Below, piece by piece: positions 44,638 through 52,941 of a stretch of DNA of 64,000 bases (position 1 is the stretch's first letter; every line of letters begins with the position of its first letter). Below the pieces are notes generated by a model. That model was not told where the DNA came from and searched no databases. It saw only the letters and a program-made list of their open reading frames with translations. The position numbers were made by a program, and so were the translations under genes. Source of the DNA: Gammaproteobacteria bacterium (GTDB lineage: Bacteria; Pseudomonadota; Gammaproteobacteria; Steroidobacterales; Rariloculaceae); NCBI GenBank assembly GCA_017577365.2, contig PKRJ02000004.1, positions 9,959-73,958 on the forward strand. The letters are read 5' to 3'.

Positions 44638-47259
44638 ATGTCTGTGTTAGCCAGCGGCCGGCAATCGGCGCCGTCATCGTCTGTCCGTCGTTCTTCGAGC
44701 TTCCGTAACGTCCACACGCTCCGCCTCACGGCGCTTGCCGCCGCGGTCGGTTGTCTGACGAGCACGCCTCTCGCGGCGCAAGAAAGACCGAGCAATCAAG
44801 ATCGGGCGGGCATCGAAGAGGTCGTCGTCACCGCGCGCTTCCGCGAGGAGAACATCCAAACCACCCCGATCGCCATCACGGCCTTCACCGGCGACGATCT
44901 CATCCAACGAAGCCTCGAGAACGTCGAGGACATTGGCGTCGCGGTGCCGAATGCGTTCTTCCGAGAGAACGTCGGTAACTACGGACCGACGGGCACGGTC
45001 GGCCTGCGCGGCATCATCCAGAACGATTTCTCGTACGCGTTCGAGCCGGCGGTCGCGATCTACATCGACGACGTCTATCACGGCACGCTGTCCGGCTCGG
45101 ACATGGAGTTGATCGATCTCGAGCGCCTGGAGGTGCTGCGCGGACCTCAGGGCACGCTGTTCGGAAAGAACAGCATCGGCGGCGCCGTTCGGCTGATCTC
45201 CAGCAAGCCCCAGGGCGAGAACACCGGTCGCGTCGAGCTGACTTACGGCCGTTTCGATCGGCTCGACGTCAAAGGCGTCGGGGATTTCACGCTCGTCGAG
45301 GATCGGCTGTTCGCGCGCGTCGTCGGCGTCTCGAAGAGAAAAGAAGGCTACGGGCGATATCTCGATTTCACCTGCGAGATGATCCGGCGCGGGACGCCGG
45401 AGCTCGCCGGCATCGGCGACGGCATCGCGGGCTACGAGCTCGTCGATCACGACGACAATCCCGAAACACCACTCGTCGCGGTGCCCGTGCTCGTCGAGCC
45501 CGGCAGCCCCGAGGACAATGCGTTCTCCCTGCCGCAACACGTGGACCCGAGGGGCACCGGTGACTGTGCCCTCGGCAGCTACGGCGGACAGGAGGTGCAG
45601 GCCGGAAGGCTGATGCTGCGGCTCCTCGCGAGCGAGAAAGTCGAGCTCAATATCGCGGCGGACTACAGCCATTCGCGAACCGAGCCCCTGCCGCAGACCT
45701 TGATGACGCCGCATACTCCCTCGCCGGTGTCCGACGGCCCCTACGACACCGAAGTGATTCTTCCGACTTTCGGCGTCCCGTACACGAGAGACGACCGCTT
45801 CGTGACCGGCGATCCGTATACGAACTATGCGACGTTCGCCGACCCGATCGACGGTACCTACTACGATCCGGTCGCCGATACCGAATCCTGGGGTTGGTCC
45901 GGCACCGTCGACTATCTGATCAGCGACTCGTTGAGCGCGAAGGCGATCGTCGCGTATCGCACGTACACCATGTTCTGGTCCAGCGATACCGATTTCACGC
46001 CGTACCCCATTCAGCACACCGACTACATACAGGAGCACGAGCAGTGGCAGTTCGAGGTGCAGTTGTCCGGCACCGCGCTGCCGAACCGATCGCTCGAGTG
46101 GACGGCCGGCTTGTTCTACTACGACTCCGACAGCCGCGCGTACAACACTACGGAGTTCGGTGCGTTCGATTACACCGGCTTTCTGCTGAACTTCGTGGCC
46201 AACGACTTGTACACCACGGAGAACAAGTCCGCGTTCGTGCACCTGAACTACCGCCTGAACGAACGGCTGTCGGTGTCCGGCGGGCTCCGCTATACGAACG
46301 AGGACAAGACGAACGTCTTCGATCACCAGCCGGGCTTGCCGGTCGTCGGCCCCGTGCCGTTCGGGGACACCAGGACCGACTGGAAGGTCAGCGTCGATTT
46401 CCAAGCCGCGGACAACGTGTTCCTCTACGCGCAGACGGCGACCGGTTTCCGCTCGGCCGGCTACACGCCCCGCATCTTCACGGCCGGGCAGCTGAAGCCG
46501 ATTCCCCCGGAAGAGGTCGTGACCTACGAGGTCGGCGCGAAGGTGGACCTCTTGGACCGTAGGCTCCGCATCAACTCGGCGCTGTTCTACAGCGACTACG
46601 ATCCGCGGCTGGTCCAGGTAGGCGCCACTCAGTGCGACCCCCCGGACCATCCGGACCCGACGCCGTATTTCCTGGCCGGAGGCACTTGTCCCGCGGGCAC
46701 GGCGCTGGCCGGGAGTCCCGGGATTCCGTGGATCTTCTTCTACGCGAACGCGCCGGGTTCGATCGAGGGCTTCGAGACCGAGCTCGTCTTCTCTCCGGTC
46801 GCGAATCTGAACATCAACTTCAGCGCCGGATACAACACGTACGAGAACGACGTGAGCGATCCCGCCGATCCGATGTACCGCGATCCTTCGGCCCTGGTGC
46901 AGCCGGAGTGGAATTTCAGCAGCGGGGTGCAGTACGACTTCATGCTCGCGAGCGGTGCGCGGATTACGCCGCGCCTCGATTGGTATCATCAATCGAAGCG
47001 CACCAACGGACCGGCGAATCGGCCCAATATCTGTCCGCAGCACTGCATCCCGAGCTACGACATCTTCAACGCGCGCCTGACGTACTCGAACGCGAACGAC
47101 GATTTCTCGGTGTCGTTGGCGGTCACGAATCTCACGGACGAGTTCTATTGGCAGCAGCTCGGCGCGGCCGTCACCGCGGCCGGCGGCGTACCGTCCGCGC
47201 GCACGGGCGTGCCGAGCCGGCCGCGCGAGTGGGCGATCACCGCGACGAAGCGATTCTGA
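44638..47259 (+). CDS. TonB-dependent receptor
   Basis: 873 aa. Signal peptide, plug-domain start (IEEVVVTARFREENIQTTPIAITAF), a long beta-barrel with a YG-rich strand pattern, and a terminal ...TATKRF. GGGGGAGAG SD. Confidence 0.93.
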   Translation: MSVLASGRQSAPSSSVRRSSSFRNVHTLRLTALAAAVGCLTSTPLAAQERPSNQDRAGIEEVVVTARFREENIQTTPIAITAFTGDDLIQRSLENVEDIGVAVPNAFFRENVGNYGPTGTVGLRGIIQNDFSYAFEPAVAIYIDDVYHGTLSGSDMELIDLERLEVLRGPQGTLFGKNSIGGAVRLISSKPQGENTGRVELTYGRFDRLDVKGVGDFTLVEDRLFARVVGVSKRKEGYGRYLDFTCEMIRRGTPELAGIGDGIAGYELVDHDDNPETPLVAVPVLVEPGSPEDNAFSLPQHVDPRGTGDCALGSYGGQEVQAGRLMLRLLASEKVELNIAADYSHSRTEPLPQTLMTPHTPSPVSDGPYDTEVILPTFGVPYTRDDRFVTGDPYTNYATFADPIDGTYYDPVADTESWGWSGTVDYLISDSLSAKAIVAYRTYTMFWSSDTDFTPYPIQHTDYIQEHEQWQFEVQLSGTALPNRSLEWTAGLFYYDSDSRAYNTTEFGAFDYTGFLLNFVANDLYTTENKSAFVHLNYRLNERLSVSGGLRYTNEDKTNVFDHQPGLPVVGPVPFGDTRTDWKVSVDFQAADNVFLYAQTATGFRSAGYTPRIFTAGQLKPIPPEEVVTYEVGAKVDLLDRRLRINSALFYSDYDPRLVQVGATQCDPPDHPDPTPYFLAGGTCPAGTALAGSPGIPWIFFYANAPGSIEGFETELVFSPVANLNINFSAGYNTYENDVSDPADPMYRDPSALVQPEWNFSSGVQYDFMLASGARITPRLDWYHQSKRTNGPANRPNICPQHCIPSYDIFNARLTYSNANDDFSVSLAVTNLTDEFYWQQLGAAVTAAGGVPSARTGVPSRPREWAITATKRF

Positions 47260-47292
47260 TCGGCGATGAACGTTCGGCCGGCGGAGGCGAAG

Positions 47293-48426
47293 ATGAACCG
47301 AAACCGGCGCAATTTTCTTCGCTTCGCTCTAGGCGCCGGCGCGGCGCTCTCCGCGCCGGCGCTCGCGCAGCAGTGGGGCGCCCGCCGTCCGATGCCGGTG
47401 CCGCAGCCGGCAGGCTATCGGCGCATCGCCACCGAGGAGGCGTGGGCGCCGAGGACGCTCCTCGACGCGTGGGCGAAATTGCTCGAGACGAATCCCGCCG
47501 ACGAGCCCGGCTTCGTCGCGCTGTGGGGCAATCTCGCCAACATGGGCCGGTTCACGGATCGCTTGGCCGAGCTGGGCCAGGCGCGTCTCGACGACATGAA
47601 CGCGGCCGGCATCGATATGCAGGTGCTGTCGCTGACCGCGCCGGGCGTGCAGGTCTTCGATGCCGACACGGCGCATGCTCTCGCGGTCGACAGCAACGAC
47701 GAGCTGGCCGAAGCGGTGCGCAAGCATCCGGACCGCTATGCCGGCCTCGTCGCGATCGCGCCTCACGATCCGAGGCGAGCCGCACAGGAGATCGAGCGCG
47801 GCAGAACGCGTCTCGGCCTGCACGGCGTCATCGTCAACTCGCACACGAAGGGCGAGTACTTGGCCGACACCAAGTACTGGGAGATCTTCGAGGCGGCCGA
47901 AGCGACGAATGCGCCGATCTATATCCATCCGCGCGATCCTGCGCCCGCGATGCTGCGTCCGTTCGTCGAGCACGATCTGCACCGCGGCGACCTCGGCTTC
48001 GGCGTCGAGGTCGCGCTGCACACGCTCGCGATCATCAACGCCGGCGTCTTCGACCGTTTCCCCAGGCTGAAGCTCGTGATCGGGCACGGCGGCGAAGGAC
48101 TGCCGTACCACTTGTATCGCTTGGACGCTACGTGGCCGGTTCGCAATGCCCGCATGCGCTCGGCCGAGCCGCCGAGCCACTACATGCGTCGAAACGTCTA
48201 CATCACGAATAGCGGCGTCGCCTGGGAGCCGATGGTGACGTTCGCGCAGAAGGTCTTGGGCGAAGACCGCGTGATGTATGCGATGGACTATCCGTACCAG
48301 TATCGGGTCGAGGAAGTCATCGCGATGGACGAGCTGCCGATTTCGTACGAGGCCAAGAAGAAGTTCTTCCAGACGAACGCGGAACGGGTCTTCAACCTGA
48401 ACGACGCGCGAGAGAACGCCGCATGA
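47293..48426 (+). CDS. amidohydrolase_2 family enzyme (ACMSD/LigW/gamma-resorcylate decarboxylase-like) with twin-arginine signal
   Basis: ORF 47266..48426. ATG 47293 preferred (GGAGG 5 nt upstream). MNRNRRNFLRFALGAGAALSAPALAQQ fits the Tat motif RRxFL. RIATEEAW replaces the HxH motif, as in the decarboxylase branch. Also IYIHPRDP, VIGHGGEGLPY and AMDYPYQ. Confidence 0.85.
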   Translation: MNRNRRNFLRFALGAGAALSAPALAQQWGARRPMPVPQPAGYRRIATEEAWAPRTLLDAWAKLLETNPADEPGFVALWGNLANMGRFTDRLAELGQARLDDMNAAGIDMQVLSLTAPGVQVFDADTAHALAVDSNDELAEAVRKHPDRYAGLVAIAPHDPRRAAQEIERGRTRLGLHGVIVNSHTKGEYLADTKYWEIFEAAEATNAPIYIHPRDPAPAMLRPFVEHDLHRGDLGFGVEVALHTLAIINAGVFDRFPRLKLVIGHGGEGLPYHLYRLDATWPVRNARMRSAEPPSHYMRRNVYITNSGVAWEPMVTFAQKVLGEDRVMYAMDYPYQYRVEEVIAMDELPISYEAKKKFFQTNAERVFNLNDARENAA

Positions 48427-48427
48427 G

Positions 48428-48455
48428 CGAAGGCCCTGACGAAGCAGGACCTTCG
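48428..48455. terminator. imperfect hairpin between convergent genes
   Basis: CGAAGGCCCTG / CAGGACCTTCG form an 11-bp stem with one mismatch and a 6-nt loop. Lies between the stops at 48426 (+) and 48469 (-). Confidence 0.4.
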
Positions 48456-48468
48456 TATCGATGCCGCA

Positions 48469-49110
48469 TCAGCGGACGCGCTCGACTTGAATGAATCCGT
48501 GGACGTTCTCGACGGACAAGCGATAGGACCCGCCCCACCGGCTCGGATAGATCCGCACGCTGTCGCCGACGTGGATGGGATACCGCGATCCCTCCATCTG
48601 ACGCCACACTTGGCCGTTCTCGAGCGTGATCAGATACGTGTTCGGGACGGTCTCGCGTAGAGCGACGATCGTCGAGCGCAGCTCGGGGCGCTCCTCCACC
48701 TTCCGCCGCGGCTGCCGCTTCCCGAAATCATCGTCGACGCGAACCGGGATCTCACGTTCGACGACGGCGGCGCTCGAGGCCGCCGGTCTCGTCGACGAGG
48801 ACGAGGCGGCAGCGGCCGCCGCCGGCCGCTCGGACGGCTTCGGCTCGATCGACGGCGGCGGCTCGGTCACCGCCTGCGCCGACTCGCCTCGTGCGCGTCT
48901 CGCCGCTTCGACGCTGCGCTCGTAGCACGCAAATCGCTCTTCCGGAGAGTCGAGGCCGACGCACGCGCCGACGTCGACCTCGAGACTGTCGCGCGTCTGC
49001 GCGGCCGCGCTCTCGTACACCGCTCCGTAGGCGATCGCAGCGCCGAACGTCGCGATGAACGTCGATGCGCCGCCTCTCACGCGGAAGAATGCCGCGTTGC
49101 GCGTTGTCAT
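48469..49110 (-). CDS. exported hypothetical protein with P/A/S-rich linker
   Basis: ORF 48469..49149. Start at ATG 49110 (MTTRNAAFFRVRGGASTFIATFGAAIAYGAVYESAAAQ). Directly downstream of the PQQ dehydrogenase gene on the same strand. Confidence 0.65.
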   Translation of the reverse strand: MTTRNAAFFRVRGGASTFIATFGAAIAYGAVYESAAAQTRDSLEVDVGACVGLDSPEERFACYERSVEAARRARGESAQAVTEPPPSIEPKPSERPAAAAAASSSSTRPAASSAAVVEREIPVRVDDDFGKRQPRRKVEERPELRSTIVALRETVPNTYLITLENGQVWRQMEGSRYPIHVGDSVRIYPSRWGGSYRLSVENVHGFIQVERVR

Positions 49111-49181
49111 CGTCTCCTCCCCCAGGCTTTGCCGCTCCGCGCGGAGCATAGCGACAGCCGGCGCTCCGAATCAATTCGCGA

Positions 49182-51245
49182 TCAATTCCCCGCGGGCTCC
49201 GGCAGCGCGTACACCATCAATCGGTTTCCGGCGACGATCGCCACCCGTTGCCTGCCGCTTCGGCCGAGATAGGTCATCGGGTTCGCGTTCGCGTTGGCCT
49301 CGAGCCGCGCCGACCACAGCTCCTCGCCGGTTCGGGCATCGAACGCGCGGAAACGTCGGTCGTTCGTCGCGCCGACGAACACGAGCCCGCCGGCCGTGAC
49401 GGACGGACCCGCGCTGCCCGTGTTGCCGACGAGCTGCTTGCCTTCGGGCAGATTCTCGTCGAGCCCGAGCGGCGTCGCCCAGACGATCTCTCCCCTGCTC
49501 GGATCGATCGCGACGAGCCTCGCCCAAGGCGGCCGATAGCACGGTGCCGTCGGCCCGACGGGGCGGCCTTGCTCGTCGAACTCGCCGCCGATCGGAGCGT
49601 TGAAGCTCGCGTACGGCCCGGGGCCGAAGATGCTCGCTCGGTCGTACGGCTGCGGCGACGACTGGGTGCCGCGCCCGTAGTTGCCGAGCGGGTCGCGATC
49701 CTCGATCCAGCCGATCAGCGACGTGTCGTGCGCGTTCACGTACGCGAGTCCCGCGACGGGATCGTACGCGACGCCGCCCCAGTTCACGCCGCCGGTGCCG
49801 CCGGGCAACTGAATCGTCGAGCGCGGCGGCGCATCCTTCGCCTTGTAGAGAAACGGCGTGAACGGCCCTTCGTTGTGCAAGCCGCCGCTTCGCTCGAGCA
49901 GCACGCGACAGGCCGCGGCGTGCTCGGGCGTCGTATCTTCGGGCCGCACGAGGTCGCGCTCCGGATCGAAGCTGACGCGAGAGAGGGGTTCCGGTTTGAC
50001 CGGAAAAGGCTGCGTCGGCGAGTACCATTCGCCCGGCACGTCGCCCTTCGGCACTGGCCGCTCCTCCACCTCGATCAGCGGCTCTCCCGTCTCCCGGTTC
50101 AGCACGAACAGATAGCTCGTCTTGCCGACGTGCACGATCGCCGGCGAGCGCCGGCCGTCGTCATGCACGAAATCGAATAGCGCGCCGGCCGAAGGCATAT
50201 CCGCATCCCAGATGTCGTGATGCACCGTCTGGAAATGCCAGACGTATTTTCCGGTCAGCGCGTCGAGCGCAACGATCGAATTGCCGAACACGTTCTCGCC
50301 GGGACGATCTCCGCCGTAATAGTTCGGCGACGGGCTCGAGATCGGCAGATAGACGAGACCGCGCTCGACGTCGACGGGCGCCGAGAACGCCCACATGTTC
50401 GTGCCGGAACGCCGCTCCCAGCTGCCGTCGTGCCACGTGTCGTTGAACGGCTCGCCGGGACGCGGCACGGTCCAAAACTCCCAGAGCTTCTCTCCGGTGC
50501 GCACGTCGAAGGCCCGCGAGTTCCCCGGGTCGCCTTGCGGCAGCTCGCCGACGGCCGCGCCGACGATCGCGGCGTGCTTGTAGATCACGGGCGCGCCGCC
50601 GTACGGCACGCCGATGTCGACCGCGCCGTCCTCGCCGAAGCCCGCCGCGGGCTCGCCCGTCGCGGCGTCGAGCGCGACGAGGCGCGAGCCGCTCGTGAAG
50701 AGAATTCGCGGGCCGTGCTCGGCGTCGCCCGGCCAGTACGACACTCCGCGATTCGACGCGCGCGCGCCGCGCATCGGCACCGGCGACGCCGACGCGGTCT
50801 CGCGCTCCGGCGCGCTCGGTGCGCGCAGCACGTGCACCCACACCTCTTCGCCGGTGTCGCCGTCGAGCGCAACGACGCGATCGCCGCTCGGCACGTAGAC
50901 GATGCCGTCGACGGCGAGCGGCACCGCGGTCGACGCGCCGCCGAGCGTATAGCTCCACAGCTCCTCGAGCGCGGATACGTTCTCGGTGTTGATCTCGTCG
51001 AGCGGCGAGTAGCGCGTCGCGGCGTGTTCGCCGTCGATCGTCGGCCAGTCCCCCGAGCCGAATACGGCGGCCGCGTCGCCGGGAGTCGCCGCACCGGATT
51101 GCGCGCACGCCACGTGACACGTGCACGCGACCATCCATCCCGACACCGCGACGACGCGACGCGCGGCCCGCGACGGCCTCGTCGCACGAGCGCGGCGGGC
51201 ATCACTCACTCCTTCCCGTCGGAACGAACTCCGTTGATCGTGCAC
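49182..51245 (-). CDS. soluble PQQ-dependent dehydrogenase (paralogue of 2389..4350)
   Basis: ORF 49182..51320. Propeller motifs HHDIWDADMPS and GGVNWGG. Start uncertain: GTG 51245 (GGAGG 4 nt upstream) or GTG 51209. Signal-like RRVVAVSGWMVACTCHVACAQS. Confidence 0.82.
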   Translation of the reverse strand: MHDQRSSFRREGVSDARRARATRPSRAARRVVAVSGWMVACTCHVACAQSGAATPGDAAAVFGSGDWPTIDGEHAATRYSPLDEINTENVSALEELWSYTLGGASTAVPLAVDGIVYVPSGDRVVALDGDTGEEVWVHVLRAPSAPERETASASPVPMRGARASNRGVSYWPGDAEHGPRILFTSGSRLVALDAATGEPAAGFGEDGAVDIGVPYGGAPVIYKHAAIVGAAVGELPQGDPGNSRAFDVRTGEKLWEFWTVPRPGEPFNDTWHDGSWERRSGTNMWAFSAPVDVERGLVYLPISSPSPNYYGGDRPGENVFGNSIVALDALTGKYVWHFQTVHHDIWDADMPSAGALFDFVHDDGRRSPAIVHVGKTSYLFVLNRETGEPLIEVEERPVPKGDVPGEWYSPTQPFPVKPEPLSRVSFDPERDLVRPEDTTPEHAAACRVLLERSGGLHNEGPFTPFLYKAKDAPPRSTIQLPGGTGGVNWGGVAYDPVAGLAYVNAHDTSLIGWIEDRDPLGNYGRGTQSSPQPYDRASIFGPGPYASFNAPIGGEFDEQGRPVGPTAPCYRPPWARLVAIDPSRGEIVWATPLGLDENLPEGKQLVGNTGSAGPSVTAGGLVFVGATNDRRFRAFDARTGEELWSARLEANANANPMTYLGRSGRQRVAIVAGNRLMVYALPEPAGN

Positions 51246-51469
51246 GTGTCCTCCCTCGACTCCCGCACATCGATCCGATGCCGCGAAAGCACCGGCGCTC
51301 GAACGATGCGAGGTTAGCAATCGCTTCCCGCAAGGGCTACCTTGACAACGCGCACGAACTCTCGAGTACGGATTGCTCGACGATCGGCAAAAATTCGCGG
51401 GAACGTCACCGGCAGCGGTTCGTGTTCCCTTACGAAAGGAGTCGAACTCGAGTGTAGCGGGACGGGATT

Positions 51470-51661
51470 TTGATCATCTTCAACGAATCCGAATGGGAAT
51501 GGATCGATAGGCGCGCCGAGCGGATCGCCCTCGAAACCGGCGATCCGATGCCCTTCGCGAGAGCTGCAGCGATCGAGGAGCTGAAGGCGCTACGGCGGCG
51601 GCCGAAGGCCGAGGTGATTCCGTTGTCGGCGCGACGGACGATCCGTCGGCGGACAGGCTGA
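51470..51661 (+). CDS. possible small hypothetical protein (63 codons, TTG start)
   Basis: High third-position G/C and a long-stem hairpin just downstream. However, the start is TTG without a convincing SD, and I recognise no family. Confidence 0.3.
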   Translation: MIIFNESEWEWIDRRAERIALETGDPMPFARAAAIEELKALRRRPKAEVIPLSARRTIRRRTG

Positions 51662-51688
51662 ACGGCGCCTCCGTCGATTGACCGGTTC

Positions 51689-51755
51689 GGTCGAGCGGCT
51701 CCGTATCCCTTCCGTGTGCCGTTCGTAAATGCTCCTCTGCCGGAGCCGCTCGACC
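51689..51755. terminator. 15-bp perfect inverted repeat with 37-nt loop, followed by TTCTTTAT
   Basis: GGTCGAGCGGCTCCG (51689-51703) and CGGAGCCGCTCGACC (51741-51755). Lies between the small + ORF and the stop of tal (-). Confidence 0.4.
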
Positions 51756-51767
51756 TTCTTTATCGCC

Positions 51768-52892
51768 TCACGCGGCGAGCGCGCGCGTGCGGATGCCGTT
51801 CAGCAGCTTCTCGAACGAGTCGGCGAAAGCTTGCACGCCTTGGCGCTCGAGCGTCTCGGTCACGTCGTCGTAGTCGATGCCGACGTCCGAGAGTCGCTCG
51901 AGCAGCGCCTCCGCCTCGTCGATGCCCCGCTCGAGCGTCGCGCTCGCTCGGCCATGGTCCTGAAACGCGAGGATCGTCTTCTCAGGCAGCGTGTTGACGG
52001 TTTCGGGGCCGATGAGCTCCTCGACGTACAGCACGTCCGAATACGCCGGATTCTTCGTCGACGTCGACGCCCAAAGGCAGCGCTGCGTCATCGCGCCCTT
52101 CGACGCGAGATACTCCCAACGCTCGGACGAGAACGCCTGCTTGTAATGGCGATACGCGAGCTTCGCGTTCGCGATCGCGAGCTTGCCTTTGAGCTCGGGC
52201 GGCGCGCCCAGCTCGTCGAGACGTCGATCCGTCTCGGTATCGACGCGCGAGACGAAGAAGCTCGCCACGGAGACGACGCGCGAAGGATCGCCGCCCGCGG
52301 CGACGAGCCGCTCGATGCCGCGGATGTAGGCTTCGGCCACCTCGGCGTAACGCTGGAGCGAGAAGATCAGCGTCACGTTGATCGAATGGCCGGCCGCGAT
52401 CATGTCCTCGATCGCCGGAAGGCCCGGCTTCGTCGCCGGGATCTTCACGAGCAGGTTCGGGCGGTCGATCAGCGCGTGCAGTCGTTTCGCTTCGGCCGTC
52501 GTCGCCTCGGTGTCGTAGGCGAACGACGGATCGACCTCGATCGACACGAGGCCGTCGACGTGGCGCGGTCGCGCCGCGTCCCTCATCGCGGCGATGCCCG
52601 CGTCGTAAACCTCGCGCAGCTGGTCGCAGGCCTCCGTCACGTCTCGCACCGCGAGCTCGAGAAACATCTCCTTCGGATCGGACGTTCGCGCGCGCACGTC
52701 TCGCAGCTGCTCGTCGTACCCTTTGCCCGCGGAGATGGCCTGCTCGAAGATCGTCGGGTTGGACGTCACGCCGACGACCCCTTCGCTCACCAGCCGCATC
52801 AATCTGCCGGATTGGAGCAGGTCGCGCGAAAGATAATCGATCCAGATGCTTTGACCGAGCGCTGCGGCCTGCTTCAGCGGCGTCATGCCCAT
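51768..52892 (-). CDS. tal: transaldolase
   Basis: ORF 51768..53216. Start at ATG 52892 (MGMTPLKQAAALGQSIWIDYLSRD; GGAG 8 nt upstream). GVTSNPTIF motif and Schiff-base lysine context LLVKIPAT. Confidence 0.92.
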   Translation of the reverse strand: MGMTPLKQAAALGQSIWIDYLSRDLLQSGRLMRLVSEGVVGVTSNPTIFEQAISAGKGYDEQLRDVRARTSDPKEMFLELAVRDVTEACDQLREVYDAGIAAMRDAARPRHVDGLVSIEVDPSFAYDTEATTAEAKRLHALIDRPNLLVKIPATKPGLPAIEDMIAAGHSINVTLIFSLQRYAEVAEAYIRGIERLVAAGGDPSRVVSVASFFVSRVDTETDRRLDELGAPPELKGKLAIANAKLAYRHYKQAFSSERWEYLASKGAMTQRCLWASTSTKNPAYSDVLYVEELIGPETVNTLPEKTILAFQDHGRASATLERGIDEAEALLERLSDVGIDYDDVTETLERQGVQAFADSFEKLLNGIRTRALAA

Positions 52893-52941
52893 CGATTTCG
52901 CTCCTGGAACGTTATTCGGTGGCCCGCCAGCATAGCAAATC

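Noticed and set aside
50585-51205. 206-codon minus-strand ORF with an ideal AAGGAG-N6-ATG
   Set aside because: The product is extremely Arg/Ala/Ser-rich and lies entirely inside the PQQ dehydrogenase gene in another frame. Retained only as a start-site/frameshift caveat.
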